Assembly: GCF_006345805.1 (NCBI RefSeq)
Contig: NC_042997.1
Location: 48,236,001-48,300,000 of the forward strand
DNA from: Octopus sinensis
Lineage: Eukaryota
DNA length: 64,000 nucleotides
Direction: 5' to 3'
Under the pieces are notes generated by a model. The model made no database searches and had not been told where the DNA came from. It saw only the letters and a list, made by a program, of their open reading frames with translations. Below are positions 51,752 through 64,000 of the stretch, one piece after another. The position numbers were made by a program, and so were the translations under genes. Every line of letters starts with the position of its first letter. Positions within the stretch are counted from its first letter, which is position 1.

Positions 51752-53306
51752 CCGCAGCAGTAGTAGTACGTGACAAAGTGATTAAATAAAGAATCAGTAA
51801 GTGAACTGGTTGAATGTTTAACTAGTTCACTACTAATAATAAAAGAAGTGAAATAGAACGAGCGCGTGTATTTTTCTTATTATTATTTATTATTGATTTA
51901 CTGACCCTCCCAAAAATCACCAGAATTTGTTTCAACAGAAGACTTCATATCAATCGTCTTGCAAACGCGAAATATCCCCTCTTTTACTATCTTTAAAAGA
52001 AACCGTTTTACCAGAACGTGGTGATAATGGTGATGGTGGCGGTGGTGCTGCTGATGTTGTTGTTAAGAAACAAGACAGGTAAGGGTGATTATGTGGTGGT
52101 CTAGGGCTTAGGAGTGGGAGACCCCAGACCTTAGGAAAAAAAAACTTTGGTCGTCTTGTTGTAGTCGAGGGCTCTTCGTTGACGCCTGACACCACTGGAA
52201 GGTGGAGCTCGAAGTCGCTGGAAACGGAGATCTCCAGGTCCAAATTTTTGAACGGCTGGTGCTGCTGCTGCTGGCTTTGCTGTTTGTGGTGGGTTTGGTG
52301 ACTGTAGTTGTATTTGGTGGTTGTGGTGATCCTGTTTATGATAATTCTGTCACTCTTCTTGCTTACATCTCCATTGCTTTCGTTCTGTTTTCTATGTTAA
52401 CAAGAGCAGAAGCAGGCAACGGCAATAATATTGATTTCTGAGATTAGCACGAGGTCACACATTCGGGCGGGGAAGTGTATAGTCGATTAGTTTGACTCCG
52501 GTATTTGACTGATACTCGTTTTATTGCTACCGGAAAGATGAACGGCAAAGTAGATCTCGACGTGATTTGAACAACAATATTAACAACAACAACAACAATA
52601 ATAATAATAATAGCAAGATAAAGAAACAAAAATCTACAACAACACCAGTAACAACAAAGCTGAAGTTACTTAACATAAACAACAATATCAACAGCAAATT
52701 AGAACAATGCAATCAGCACCGATAAATAAAAACTTTGATATGGATAGCTAGTGTAATAATAGTGATACAGCCACAATTAACAACAATAACAATACAAGCA
52801 GAAAATCAGTGTCTAATAAAATAGATCGAATAAATAATAGACCATCTGACGACGGAAAAATAAATCAGGCATCAGAAAATCGTTTTAACAAGAGAATCAC
52901 AATAATAATAACAACAACAATACTATAAGTAAAGAACAGCAGCAGCAGCCGCAGCAGCAACAACAAAAATCAGCTTAAAGAGCGACAGCAATTGAAGCTT
53001 GAATGAAGTGATTGTAAAAAAACAAAAAAAACAAAAAAAACAAATAAAAAGACAAAAAATACAAGCACCATTGGTACTGTTATGTATACCAACCCAATCA
53101 CATCGTTAACGACAACAGCTACAACAAAAACAACAACAACAACAACAACAACAACGATAATGGCAACAAGAATAATTGCAACATCATTAAACAAATCGGC
53201 GACATCAGGGCACCTACCGAGACAGTAGCAATATCAGCACCGGCAATTTACAGCTTCGATACCATCAGCATCTCCAGTAAATCTACTACTGCTGCTACTG
53301 CTGCTG

Positions 53307-53349
<43 letters not shown>

Positions 53350-53408
53350 AAATAATAATAATAATAATGATAATAGTAGTAATAATAATAATAATAATAA
53401 TAATAGTA

Positions 53409-53441
<33 letters not shown>

Positions 53442-53639
53442 GTAGTAGTAATAATAATAATAATAGTAATAATAATAATAATAATAATGATAATAATAAT
53501 GATGATAATAATAATAATAATAGTAATAATAGTAATAGTAATAATAATAATAATAATAGTAGTAGTAATAATAATAATAATAGTAATAATGATAATAATA
53601 ATGATGATAATAATAATAATAATAATAGTAATAGTAGTA

Positions 53640-53670
<31 letters not shown>

Positions 53671-53702
53671 TATAATAATAATAATAATAATAATGATGAT
53701 GA

Positions 53703-53756
<54 letters not shown>

Positions 53757-53844
53757 TAATAATAATATAATAATATAATAATAATAATGATGATAATAAT
53801 ATAATAATAATAATAATAATAATAATAGTAATAATAATATAATA

Positions 53845-53930
<86 letters not shown>

Positions 53931-53932
53931 TG

Positions 53933-53965
<33 letters not shown>

Positions 53966-53968
53966 GTA

Positions 53969-54012
<44 letters not shown>
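53350..54012. repeat. Long (TAA)n-type microsatellite
   Basis: Direct observation. Confidence 0.95.
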
Positions 54013-54014
<2 letters not shown>

Positions 54015-57000
54015 ATGAGCTAAAAAATCAAATCATGATTGAATGGCTGAAAATTAAAGAAACCAGCATGGATGGGCGTGATACACTTCCTAAAATCCGC
54101 AACTCTAACCAAAACATGAAAATAATTGGTAAAATCCGGCTTGCACTTAAGGATATAATTTCAGTTAATGATGTTGATATCACAAACCTCAACCACCTAT
54201 ACTATGCATCCGCGAAAATCTCAACGATCCTATGTGGTGTAAAGATTAGAAAACGGCAACAGTCGCACAAAAAGCCTTCTTGGCAAGAGCGTCTGCAACA
54301 ACAAATTAAAGTATTTAGATCTGACATTGAATATTTGAAAAACCTTAAGGCTCACAAGACTACCAAACCTACAAAAACCCCAAAATTACTGAAAAAATAC
54401 AATATGAAAACTATACTTGATATTGATGCCACCATAGAAACCATCAAACAAAAGGTATCTGCCAAAGCTGCCCGCATAGCGAGGTATGAAAAGCGTGTTA
54501 GATTTTTCAAGGACAACAACATGTTCAAAAATAACACCAAGAATTTTTACAGGAAGATAGGAAAAACAGCGTTTACTGCAGGGTCTGTACCATCAAAAGA
54601 AGAAGTGCAGAGATTTTGGAATAAAATCTGGGCAGAAGAAAAACAACACAACGAAAAGGCCCCCTGGATTGACAGAATATCTACAGAACTGGACCCCTTA
54701 GAAGAGCAAAAGTGGGGTGGGAGGGTGTCAAGGTAGAAGATATAAGATCTGCTCTCAGGAGGTCAAGCAAATGGAAGTCTCCAGGAAAGGATAAAATTCC
54801 TAACTTCTGGCTGAATGCCTTCCCAGAGAGCCATGAACTGCTAACAGAACTGTACAATGATGTTCTGCAACACCCTAGTAGGATGCCTCCTTGGCTAGTT
54901 AATGGGTTAACATTCCTGCTTCAAAAAGTGAAGAAACAAATGAACCAAAAAACTATAGACCCATAACCTGCTTAACAACTATGTACAAAACACTAACATC
55001 TGTCCTGACGGAATATACCTATAGTTTTTAACAGACAGCAGCATATTCCCTAATGAACAGAAAGATGTAAACGTGGATCCTACGGCTGTAAAGACCAACT
55101 ACTCATCAATAAGATGATCTTAGAAGATTGTCACAAACGACACAAAAACTTATCAATAGCCTGGATAGACTATAAAAAGGCTTTTGATAGCCTACCACAT
55201 AGCTGGATTAGGAAATGCCTTGAAATGTATAAGATAGCACCAACTCTGCGAAACTTCTTGACTGTAAGTATGAGATCATGGAGAACCACACTAACTCTGA
55301 ACAGTGACAGTGAATCCCTAAATGCTGGTGATGTGATGTAAAAATTCGTGTGGAATTTTCCAGGGTGACTCACTGTCACCACTCCTCTTTTGTTTATCCT
55401 CAATACCTCTCTCAAAGCTGCTCAATGACGCGCAGTACGGGTATAAAATGTTTGATAAAAATATAAATCATCTCGTTTACATGGATGATTTAAAGCTTTT
55501 TGCAAAAAATGATCAACAACTCAAGGGCTTACTAGCGATAGTCAAACAATTCAGTGACGACATCAGAATGCAATTCGGCCTCGATAAATGTGTGCAAAGG
55601 CTACCTTTATCAAAGGAAAAATGACAGAAACATCTAACGTTAACCTTGACCAACAGAATGTCATAAAAGAACTAGACCCAGCGGAGAGCTACAAGTACCT
55701 AGGGGTAATTGAAGGGAACGGAATAAGGCATTCAGAGATGAAGGAAAGGATCAGGAGAGAATGCTATCGAAGAGTGAGAGCAATACTCAAGACAGAGCTG
55801 AATGCAAGAAACAGGATCGAAGCAATCAATGCATTAGCTATACCAGTCGTGACTTACAGTTTCAATATTGTTAACTGGTCAACTACTGAAATATGTCAGC
55901 TCGACAGAAAAATAAGGAAACTGTTGACAATGCATAGAATGCACCACCCTAAGGCAGATACAGAACGACTCTATCTGCCAAGAAAAGAGGGAGGCCGTGG
56001 TCTTTTGCAACTGGCAATAACAATGAAGATTGCTACAGTTGGCCTAGACACCTACCTGAAAAACTCTGAGGACTGGATGTTAAAACTTGTCTCAAAACAT
56101 GAAAACAAGAAAGAAAGCATCAACTCAGTCACAAAACAGGCAAAGGAATATCTAAGTGAATTCCGAATACAACCAATTTCGGAATTAGAGATAGACATAC
56201 AAGAAACAAGCACAGAAAAAGCTAGGCGCATGAAAACCCGTGCCAAAACTGCGGCCTTAGATATTCTGAATAATAAATGGCAAAAAAACCTCTCTACGGC
56301 AAATACCCAAAGAGAGCGAATAATGCAGATATCGACAAAGCCCTGACCCATCAATGGCTAATGGCCTCTGGCTTAAAATCTGAAACAGAGGGGTTTATCA
56401 TAGCAGCTCAAGATCAATGCCTACCAACAAGAAACTACCAGGCCAACATATTAAAGATCAGAAGCAGTCCAACGTGTCGTGTATGCAAGCAACAAAATGA
56501 AACCATTGACCATGTGGTCTCCAAGTGCAGTCTTCTAGCGCCTACAGAGTATCTCAACAGGCACGATAGAGCTGCACAATATATTCACTGGGTAATCTGT
56601 AAAAACCTGGATTTGCCCCATGAAAAAAAACTGGTGGGAACACAAACCACCCCCAGTGCTTGAAAATGACCACATCTCACTCCTCTGGAACTTCACCATT
56701 CAAACTGACAGGAAGATAGATGCAAATAGGCCAGACATCATATTGAAAGACTTCAAACAAAGAACATGCCTCCTCATTGATATGACTGTCCCAATCGATA
56801 TAAACGTATCTGTCAGGACCTACCAAAAACTGAGCAAATATAAAGATCTTGAAATAGAAATCAGCAAAATGTGGAAGCTGAAGACTAAAACAATACCTGT
56901 TGTCATAGGTGCCCTGGGAATGATAGCAAAAGGGGCTGATAGCTACCTAACTCAGATACCAGGAAACCCAAAATGGCAGAAGTTCAAAAGATAGTGCTCA

Positions 57001-57260
57001 TGGGAACTGCTCATATCCTACGCAAAATACTCTCTATGTAACCTCAAGGTTTAAAAACAACAATAATTTTCGGTATAAAAAAAAAAAAAAAAACTTTTTT
57101 TTTTAGACATTCATTAGTACAACATCCCACACCCCCAAATATATGGCACACTAGGCATAACAACAACATGAACTTCCAACCCTGTTGTCCCTTGAGGTCT
57201 CTGGGTGAGACTTGGAGCCAACTTGTACAAATATAAAGCAAAAGTCAAACATAGAATAAA
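54013..57260 (+). mobile_element. R4/Dong-like RLE non-LTR retrotransposon, 3.2 kb, 5'-truncated, frameshifted
   Basis: Consecutive ORFs 53930..56994 carry [41 protein letters not shown] and NRPDII. (TAA)n on both sides. Confidence 0.93.
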
Positions 57261-57275
57261 TAATAATAATAATAA

Positions 57276-57322
<47 letters not shown>

Positions 57323-57874
57323 TAATAATACCGCTGATACTGCTGCTGTTGTTAGTACTGCTACTGTTACCACCACAATAACTGCTCATAATAATAATAC
57401 TAATGATAGTAATAATGTTAAAACTACTATTATTAATGACAGCAACGACTATTATTTCTACCGCTACCACCACCACCAGCACCACCACCGCACCAACACC
57501 ACGACCACCACGTAACAGCTCCATCAATATCCTTGGCAAATATATTAGAAATGCAGCGACAAAAACAAGGCCGCAGTATAATACAACGATTTATTCAACA
57601 GCAACAACCGTCGTTATGATGGGTTCTTCTGGAAAATGTCTTATTGGCTGGTTCTTTAGTATGATATCATTCTAAAATGCTAACACACATTATGTACTCT
57701 TCTCTCTGACTATCGCCGTCCCATTCTCTTTACACTTTATTTCTTTCAATCTTCTCTACTATCATATAACTTCTCTCCAATAAGGTATCATTCTCTCACC
57801 AAGTCAGTTTTTTATGAATGCTCACATGAAATGTATACATATATACATATTTACATATATATATAAACACACAC

Positions 57875-57932
<58 letters not shown>

Positions 57933-58034
57933 CAAAATTTATATGCACTTGTGTAATCCGTTACATTGTGCATACATAGCTGCATTTACGTAAATGACAT
58001 GTGTGTGTATGTGTCGCAATACATATGTAATATG

Positions 58035-59075
58035 TAGTTGTATGTGAACACGCAACATAGTTTCCGGCTAGGGAAGAGCTGCCTCGCACAGCTACAACAA
58101 CATTATGATTGGGTACTGAAACATCAGCTCAACCACTTAAGTGTGGATGTGATATATCTCGACGTTGCCAAGGCCTTAGACAAAGTTGATCATTGGATGA
58201 TATGTCACAAACTTCGTGACCTTGGTATCAATGGAAAACTGAGAGTGACTGCGCGATTTTTTAAATGACAGAAGCCAGGCAACTGCACCCAATGGTCGTC
58301 TTTTAGGATGACATCAATCCGTAACGAAGTTCCTCAGGAACGATACTAGGATCATTACTATTTATAGTGGTTCTCCCAGACATGCACACAGTCGTACAAT
58401 CAGCAACTCTCACGTGCTACACTGATGATAAAAAAAAAGTATCTCAGGTGTGCAAGGACCCTGATAGTCTTGTAAAACTGCAAAATGACTTGCACTCAAT
58501 ATACAAATGGGCTGATGAAAATAACATGCAATTCAAAGCCGATGAGTTTGAAGCACTCTTTTATCGACCCAGAAATAGACTATAGTGGGAATATATAGGA
58601 CAAGGGGCCAATGCAATCTCATAGGTAGGCTTGGTGCGTGACCTAGGAATCCACATAAGTTGTGATACATCATTCCAGGATGGCAATACTGTGCAAGTTG
58701 GCAGCTGGATAGATTCTTAGATCATTCAGAGCCTGAAGTAAGAATATATTGCTACTCCTATGGAGGACATTTGCCCTCAGTCACCTGGATTACTGCTCCC
58801 AACTGTGATCGCAGCAGATCTTCAAAGAGAAAGCGAGAAATGACTGCAGAGATATACATGTGGACGATCCTGGAAGGTCGAGCACCCAACTTTGGAATAT
58901 AAAGCTATATCAACTACGGAACTGGACGGCACTACATAAGATCAAATACACCGTCTCGTTCATCTCAGATAAGGATCCAGTATTGTAACAGCTTGGGCTT
59001 CAGGAGAGCACAACTTTTTAACATCCTGCCAAGGAACCTAAGAGGTCTGGAAGGCATAGATGTGGAAACGTTCAC
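58035..59075 (+). mobile_element. Degenerate CR1/L2-like LINE RT and 3' region
   Basis: QHSFRLGKSC, IYLDVAKALDKVDH, YTDD, LQNDL..IYKWADENNMQF and LFNILP motifs. Confidence 0.85.
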
Positions 59076-59433
59076 AAAGCACACTCACACACGCACACAC
59101 ACACACACCACACACACACACACACACTCACACACACACACACTCACACACACATATTATTTATCTATCTTTTATTCTTTTACTTGTTTCAGTCATTACT
59201 GGGTGACGTCCTTTAAGTGAGTATTGAAACAAATCGACACAACTGCATATTTTTAAAACTGATAGTCATTTTATCCGTCGGTTTTAGCAGAACCTTTCAA
59301 TCACGTGAACGTAAACAAACCAACAGCAGTTGTCAAATATGCACATAATTACGCATGCACTGAACCACATACATACTGATACACACAAACATACACACAC
59401 GGAAACAAACTTATGAATATATATACATATATA

Positions 59434-59596
59434 TATAAAATATTATTAGAGACAAAACCACTATTTTGCAAAACAAATAAGGATCCAGTATTGTAACAGC
59501 TTGGGCTTCAGGAGAGCACAACTTTTTAACATCCTGCCAAGGAACCTAAGAGGTCTGGAAGGCATAGATGTGGAAACGTTCACAAAGCACACTCAC

Positions 59597-59662
<66 letters not shown>

Positions 59663-59713
59663 ACACAAAATAGTTTTGCAAAATAGTGGTTTTGTCTCTA
59701 ATAATATTTTATA
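59434..59713. mobile_element. 41-bp perfect inverted repeats enclosing a copy of 58969-59105
   Basis: tataaaatattattagagacaaaaccactattttgcaaaac (59434-59474) and its reverse complement (59673-59713). The insert starting at 59477 matches 58969 onward. Confidence 0.9.
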
Positions 59714-59808
59714 ATATTTTACTATAAAATCGATTTAATCCTAAATCTGATTTTTCCCTGTAAATTTGGATTTATTCCCTAATATTTATTATTTACATAT
59801 ATATATAT

Positions 59809-59863
<55 letters not shown>

Positions 59864-62727
59864 ATGTGTGTAGTTTGTGTGTGTATGCGTTTGTATATAT
59901 ATACATACATACATATATAGATTACCTATATAGATAGATACACACACAGGACGATTGTTTTCCTGTTTTAGTCTGTCAGATTCACTTACAAGGCAATGGC
60001 CAACGAAGAGCGACAGTAGAAGGACGGTGTCGAATCTAGCACACAGCAAAACTGAGCTCGAAGCATGTGAGTGGGGAGCGAAGTTCTTAGTACACAATCA
60101 CGCCTGCACCAGTGTGTTTACCCCCCCACACACACATATACATACGTGAACACACATGCATACACACATACATACAGTTTATCTTCTGTGGCGCAGAATT
60201 GTGTTCGGCGAATGCGAGAGGAGTGCTCAGTATATGTTACAATGTATATGGTTTGCTTCCACACAATATTTATCATGTAATTCGAGTTTTACGCCACTAC
60301 GATCTTCAGGTGATAACTGTTACAAAGATTTTCATAGCCGCATTTGCAAACACAATTCCATTATACCATATGTATTTTGTGATCCATATTACAACCACCG
60401 CTATTTGAGATTTCATTAGTGATAATCAGACACTTTTCACATTCTTTCTTTGAATCTAATTCCTCCACTAACAACCGGTCTTCTCTCCTAATCTATCAAT
60501 TTACAATCGATTCTCTTTCACTCTCTTTCAACCACTAACAGAACTTTAAATCGGGCTATTTTAAAGATAACAAAAGAAACTATATTTTCTTTTTGCATCC
60601 GGTTTGAAAGATGCTTGATGTGAAATTGCGTTTTGGAACAGATGTTGTTTCCTGTGTTTGCCATTCGAACTGCACTGTAAAACCCTTACAACGACTCTTA
60701 ATTTGAAGTAGCCAGTATTTTACGAGTTTTGATACTTGGTGCTATTTCTCTTTGATGCCACAACACACCTGCTGTGCCAACAAAAGGGAAGTTCAATCAA
60801 AATGATTCTGCTAAATCACAAGGAATTTTGGACAACATGTTCAATTTCAGATTTTATTCCCAGTTCTACCCCTATTCTATGCAGGTCCTTAGTCCCTTTA
60901 GAGGCAATTAACTTCAAATTCTTGATCAACTTAACAATACGATCTCATATGCTTTCGCCATTTTCTATTCTACTTTGTGATCCAGAGCTCCAAGAACCTT
61001 CTCTCAAGATCTGTATGTCCCCGGAATGCATACCTCTGTGAAATCCTCTAAATATGTTGCGCCAACGTACTCTGCACATAATCTCCATCGTGGGGCATTT
61101 ATCAGCTACCTTCTGTACAGGTTCATTGATATAGAGAGAATATTGTACCCTAATAAGAACAGAAAAGAGAAGCTAAATGGCCTCAAGCCACAAAATGTAA
61201 GTGAAGTGATTTTCAACCTTGGTAAGTCCCAATTTCTGCAGTTCCCTTTTAATCTAATGTACATCGTCTTGGAATTTCATCGTTGCCTATAGGGGTGTCT
61301 AATTTCAGTTTGGACCATTTTCTGTTCTTTGGGTCCACGATCCAACAGCTGCAAGTGATTATTTCTGAAAACTTGTGGGTCAAAATATTAGTTTCCAATG
61401 AGAAGCCTTGAGCCTCAGCTATCACAGTATCACCACTCTTTTGTAATCTGATTTTGTGAGTATACCTGCATCACTACTCATTTCAGTTCTGTGGCCTTTA
61501 TATACATGTACCATTGCAAAATTACACTTTGCACATTGAGCAGTCTGACCATGAGCTTTAGCTGTTATTTTGGCTGTAGCTGCTAAAATCTGTACATAGT
61601 CTTCTTGACATACACCTCGGTGAATTATAAAACCACCGCCAGAAGTATTTGCTCATTTGCTTCTAGATGTTTTTCATACTTTCCACTGATGATTTACTTC
61701 ATTGATAACTCTAGTTTACTACATGAGGAATTTGGCCTTGAATTTAGCTGGTAAGCCTGATATCTCTATCTTTCCTTGTCCTTCTCAACTAGTTGAATAC
61801 TTGATCTACAGCGGTTGGAAAGCTGTACTAGAAATATTAAATAATTCACGGCAACATTTTACTGGGATCTAAAGATGATATAACGTTAATCTGAAATTAG
61901 AACCAGAAATTTCTTATCCTTTTTTCCATTCCTGAATATCTTGCCTGTACATTGTTGGAAGCTATTAAGTAGGCTCAAATATGAAGCCTGTGATTCATGG
62001 TTGGTGGTTGTCAGTATTCTCTCTCGTATTTTATGAGTAGAGATTAACGACATATCAAAGACAAAGGTGGCAATAGAACCAATCTTGATGGCCTTTTCCC
62101 GAAGTTCCACTAGTGAGGTGTGTAAGGAACATTCTTGAACCAGAATCTAGATATTCCTGAGTAAAATGATGCATGGCTGCAGCTCTGGAGCTGAAACTAG
62201 TAAAGAATATACATATATACAATCAAAAGAAAAATCAACCAATCTATTTATCTACTCATCTATCTATTTCTTTATCTATCTCTCTATTTTTCTATCTATC
62301 TTTGGATATTTACATAAAAAACACACACACACATATATATGCATATGTATATATGTATATATATATTTATATATAAGTTTGTATAAATATATATATATAT
62401 ACACATACACATATATATATACATATATACACATATATATATATATACATATATACATATATACACATATATACATATTTATACATATTCATATACATAT
62501 GTGTGTGTATTTTATGTAAATATATATAGGTAGATAGAAAAATAGATAGATAGGTTGATTTTTCTTTCGATTGGTTTTTCTTTCGTTGTATTTTCAGAGG
62601 AATATATATGAAACTTCTTGTAACTCGCGTTTAAACACTGTACGCGTATATACTCACATAGCTAGTTAGCTAGCTAGCTACCTACCTACCTACCTACAAC
62701 ACATTCATAGACACACACACACACACG

Positions 62728-62779
<52 letters not shown>

Positions 62780-62799
62780 GAAAGAGAGAAAGAGATAAC

Positions 62800-62831
<32 letters not shown>

Positions 62832-62867
62832 GAGAGAGAGAGAGAGAAAGAGATAGATAGATAGATG

Positions 62868-62958
<91 letters not shown>

Positions 62959-64000
62959 GGGTTGACTTTTCTTTCGATTCAGTTAAAGCGACAGGTCATG
63001 CATTCTAAATTATTTACAGCATGACAGCATGACCGTAGTAAATCTCGTTAGTGACCTGACCGTCATACAGTCTGCAGCATAGACATTGATCACATACGTA
63101 CATATTGCTTCATGGTAATGCGGAATACATATATTATATCGCAGGTGGCGTTATTGCTGACCGTAATTTCATAGAATTAACACAGTAACCACATAACCTC
63201 AAAAGAAGCTCTACTTTTCTGTTCAGCTTAAATAATCCAAATTACAGCTTAAAATTTAATTAATAGTCTTGGACTGATACATAATATTTTCCAAACAAGA
63301 CAACAGTATAAATCATGTCATTAAGGAAAGTTATATCTGCATTCAATAATCTGAAGAAAATCAGAAGTTCAGTAAAGTATAATTCCCGCAGACAGAAATA
63401 TGTTCATGCTTCAATGAATACGTTTCAAATTGCTGAAATGAGCAAACCACTGATAGAAGAAAAATCGAAGCTAAGAACTTCATAACAAAATGAATATTCC
63501 CATAAAATTGAGAAAGAGTAAAGAACATCAAGTTTATAGAAAACTATGCTGAAGTCAACCGTAAAGTTTTCGACGCATTGGCAAAATATATAGCACCAGT
63601 GCATCAGGAACTAAAGCAATTGTTAGAAAGAAATGATGTCTTACTGTGAACATCAAAAAACTTAGTGAAACAGTAAAACACACGTTGAAATGTATTTTCA
63701 TAGATACGTTTTCCCCATCGGTAGACACACTAGTCAATGAGACAGAAAAAAGCTAGAAGACAGCGCAGTATTTAACATTGCACTGTGTGTTTATGAAGAT
63801 GGTTTTTCAAATACGTAGTTTCAGATTTTATTCAACTGAAAGGGAATATGGAGAATTATTTCTGGAATAGCATCGTGATAAGTTGATAGTGAAATTTGAA
63901 AAAGTTAAAGTGGTAGCTAGTCGAAAAAACAGTTCCGGTCATTGGGAGATATAATCACTCGAAATAAAAAGATTCGCCTAAATTATCTATAGAGAAGCGA

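Noticed and set aside
51950-52441. GC-richer ORFs (97 aa minus, 79 aa plus) as a host exon
   Set aside because: Low-complexity triplet-derived sequence with no domain. It may be decayed retroelement, but I cannot support that.
53930-54012. Hydrophobic signal/TM N-terminus on the 268-aa ORF
   Set aside because: The poly-Ile is just the (ATA)n target tract read in frame with the truncated retrotransposon ORF.
62221-62980. Motif ggttga(t/c)ttttctttcgatt twice direct and once inverted
   Set aside because: Short and tied to (TAGA)n tracts, consistent with local microsatellite-mediated duplication.

Overview
AT-rich, microsatellite-saturated eukaryotic DNA. The SINE/LINE repertoire suggests a cephalopod such as Octopus (inference). 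I found no intact host protein-coding gene. The window is a mosaic of mobile elements: RTE/BovB-like and CR1/L2-like LINEs, about ten restriction-like-endonuclease (R4/Dong-like) non-LTR fragments mostly bounded by (TAA)n tracts, Penelope-like (RT + GIY-YIG) pieces and fold-back remnants inside (TA)n tracts, several SINE families, two mariner relics, non-autonomous Helitron/Helentron-like elements and small MITEs. The main leads are: (1) a ~170-bp repeat in four copies with a minimal type-I hammerhead-ribozyme core, twice linked to a tRNA-like Pol III head; (2) an inverted-repeat element enclosing an exact copy of DNA 508 bp upstream; (3) a possible decayed F-type-lectin + EGF host gene relic at 11.7-12.3 kb; (4) two candidate host exons at 21.3 and 22.1 kb. 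All family assignments come from motif recognition by eye, and boundaries are approximate unless termini are quoted.
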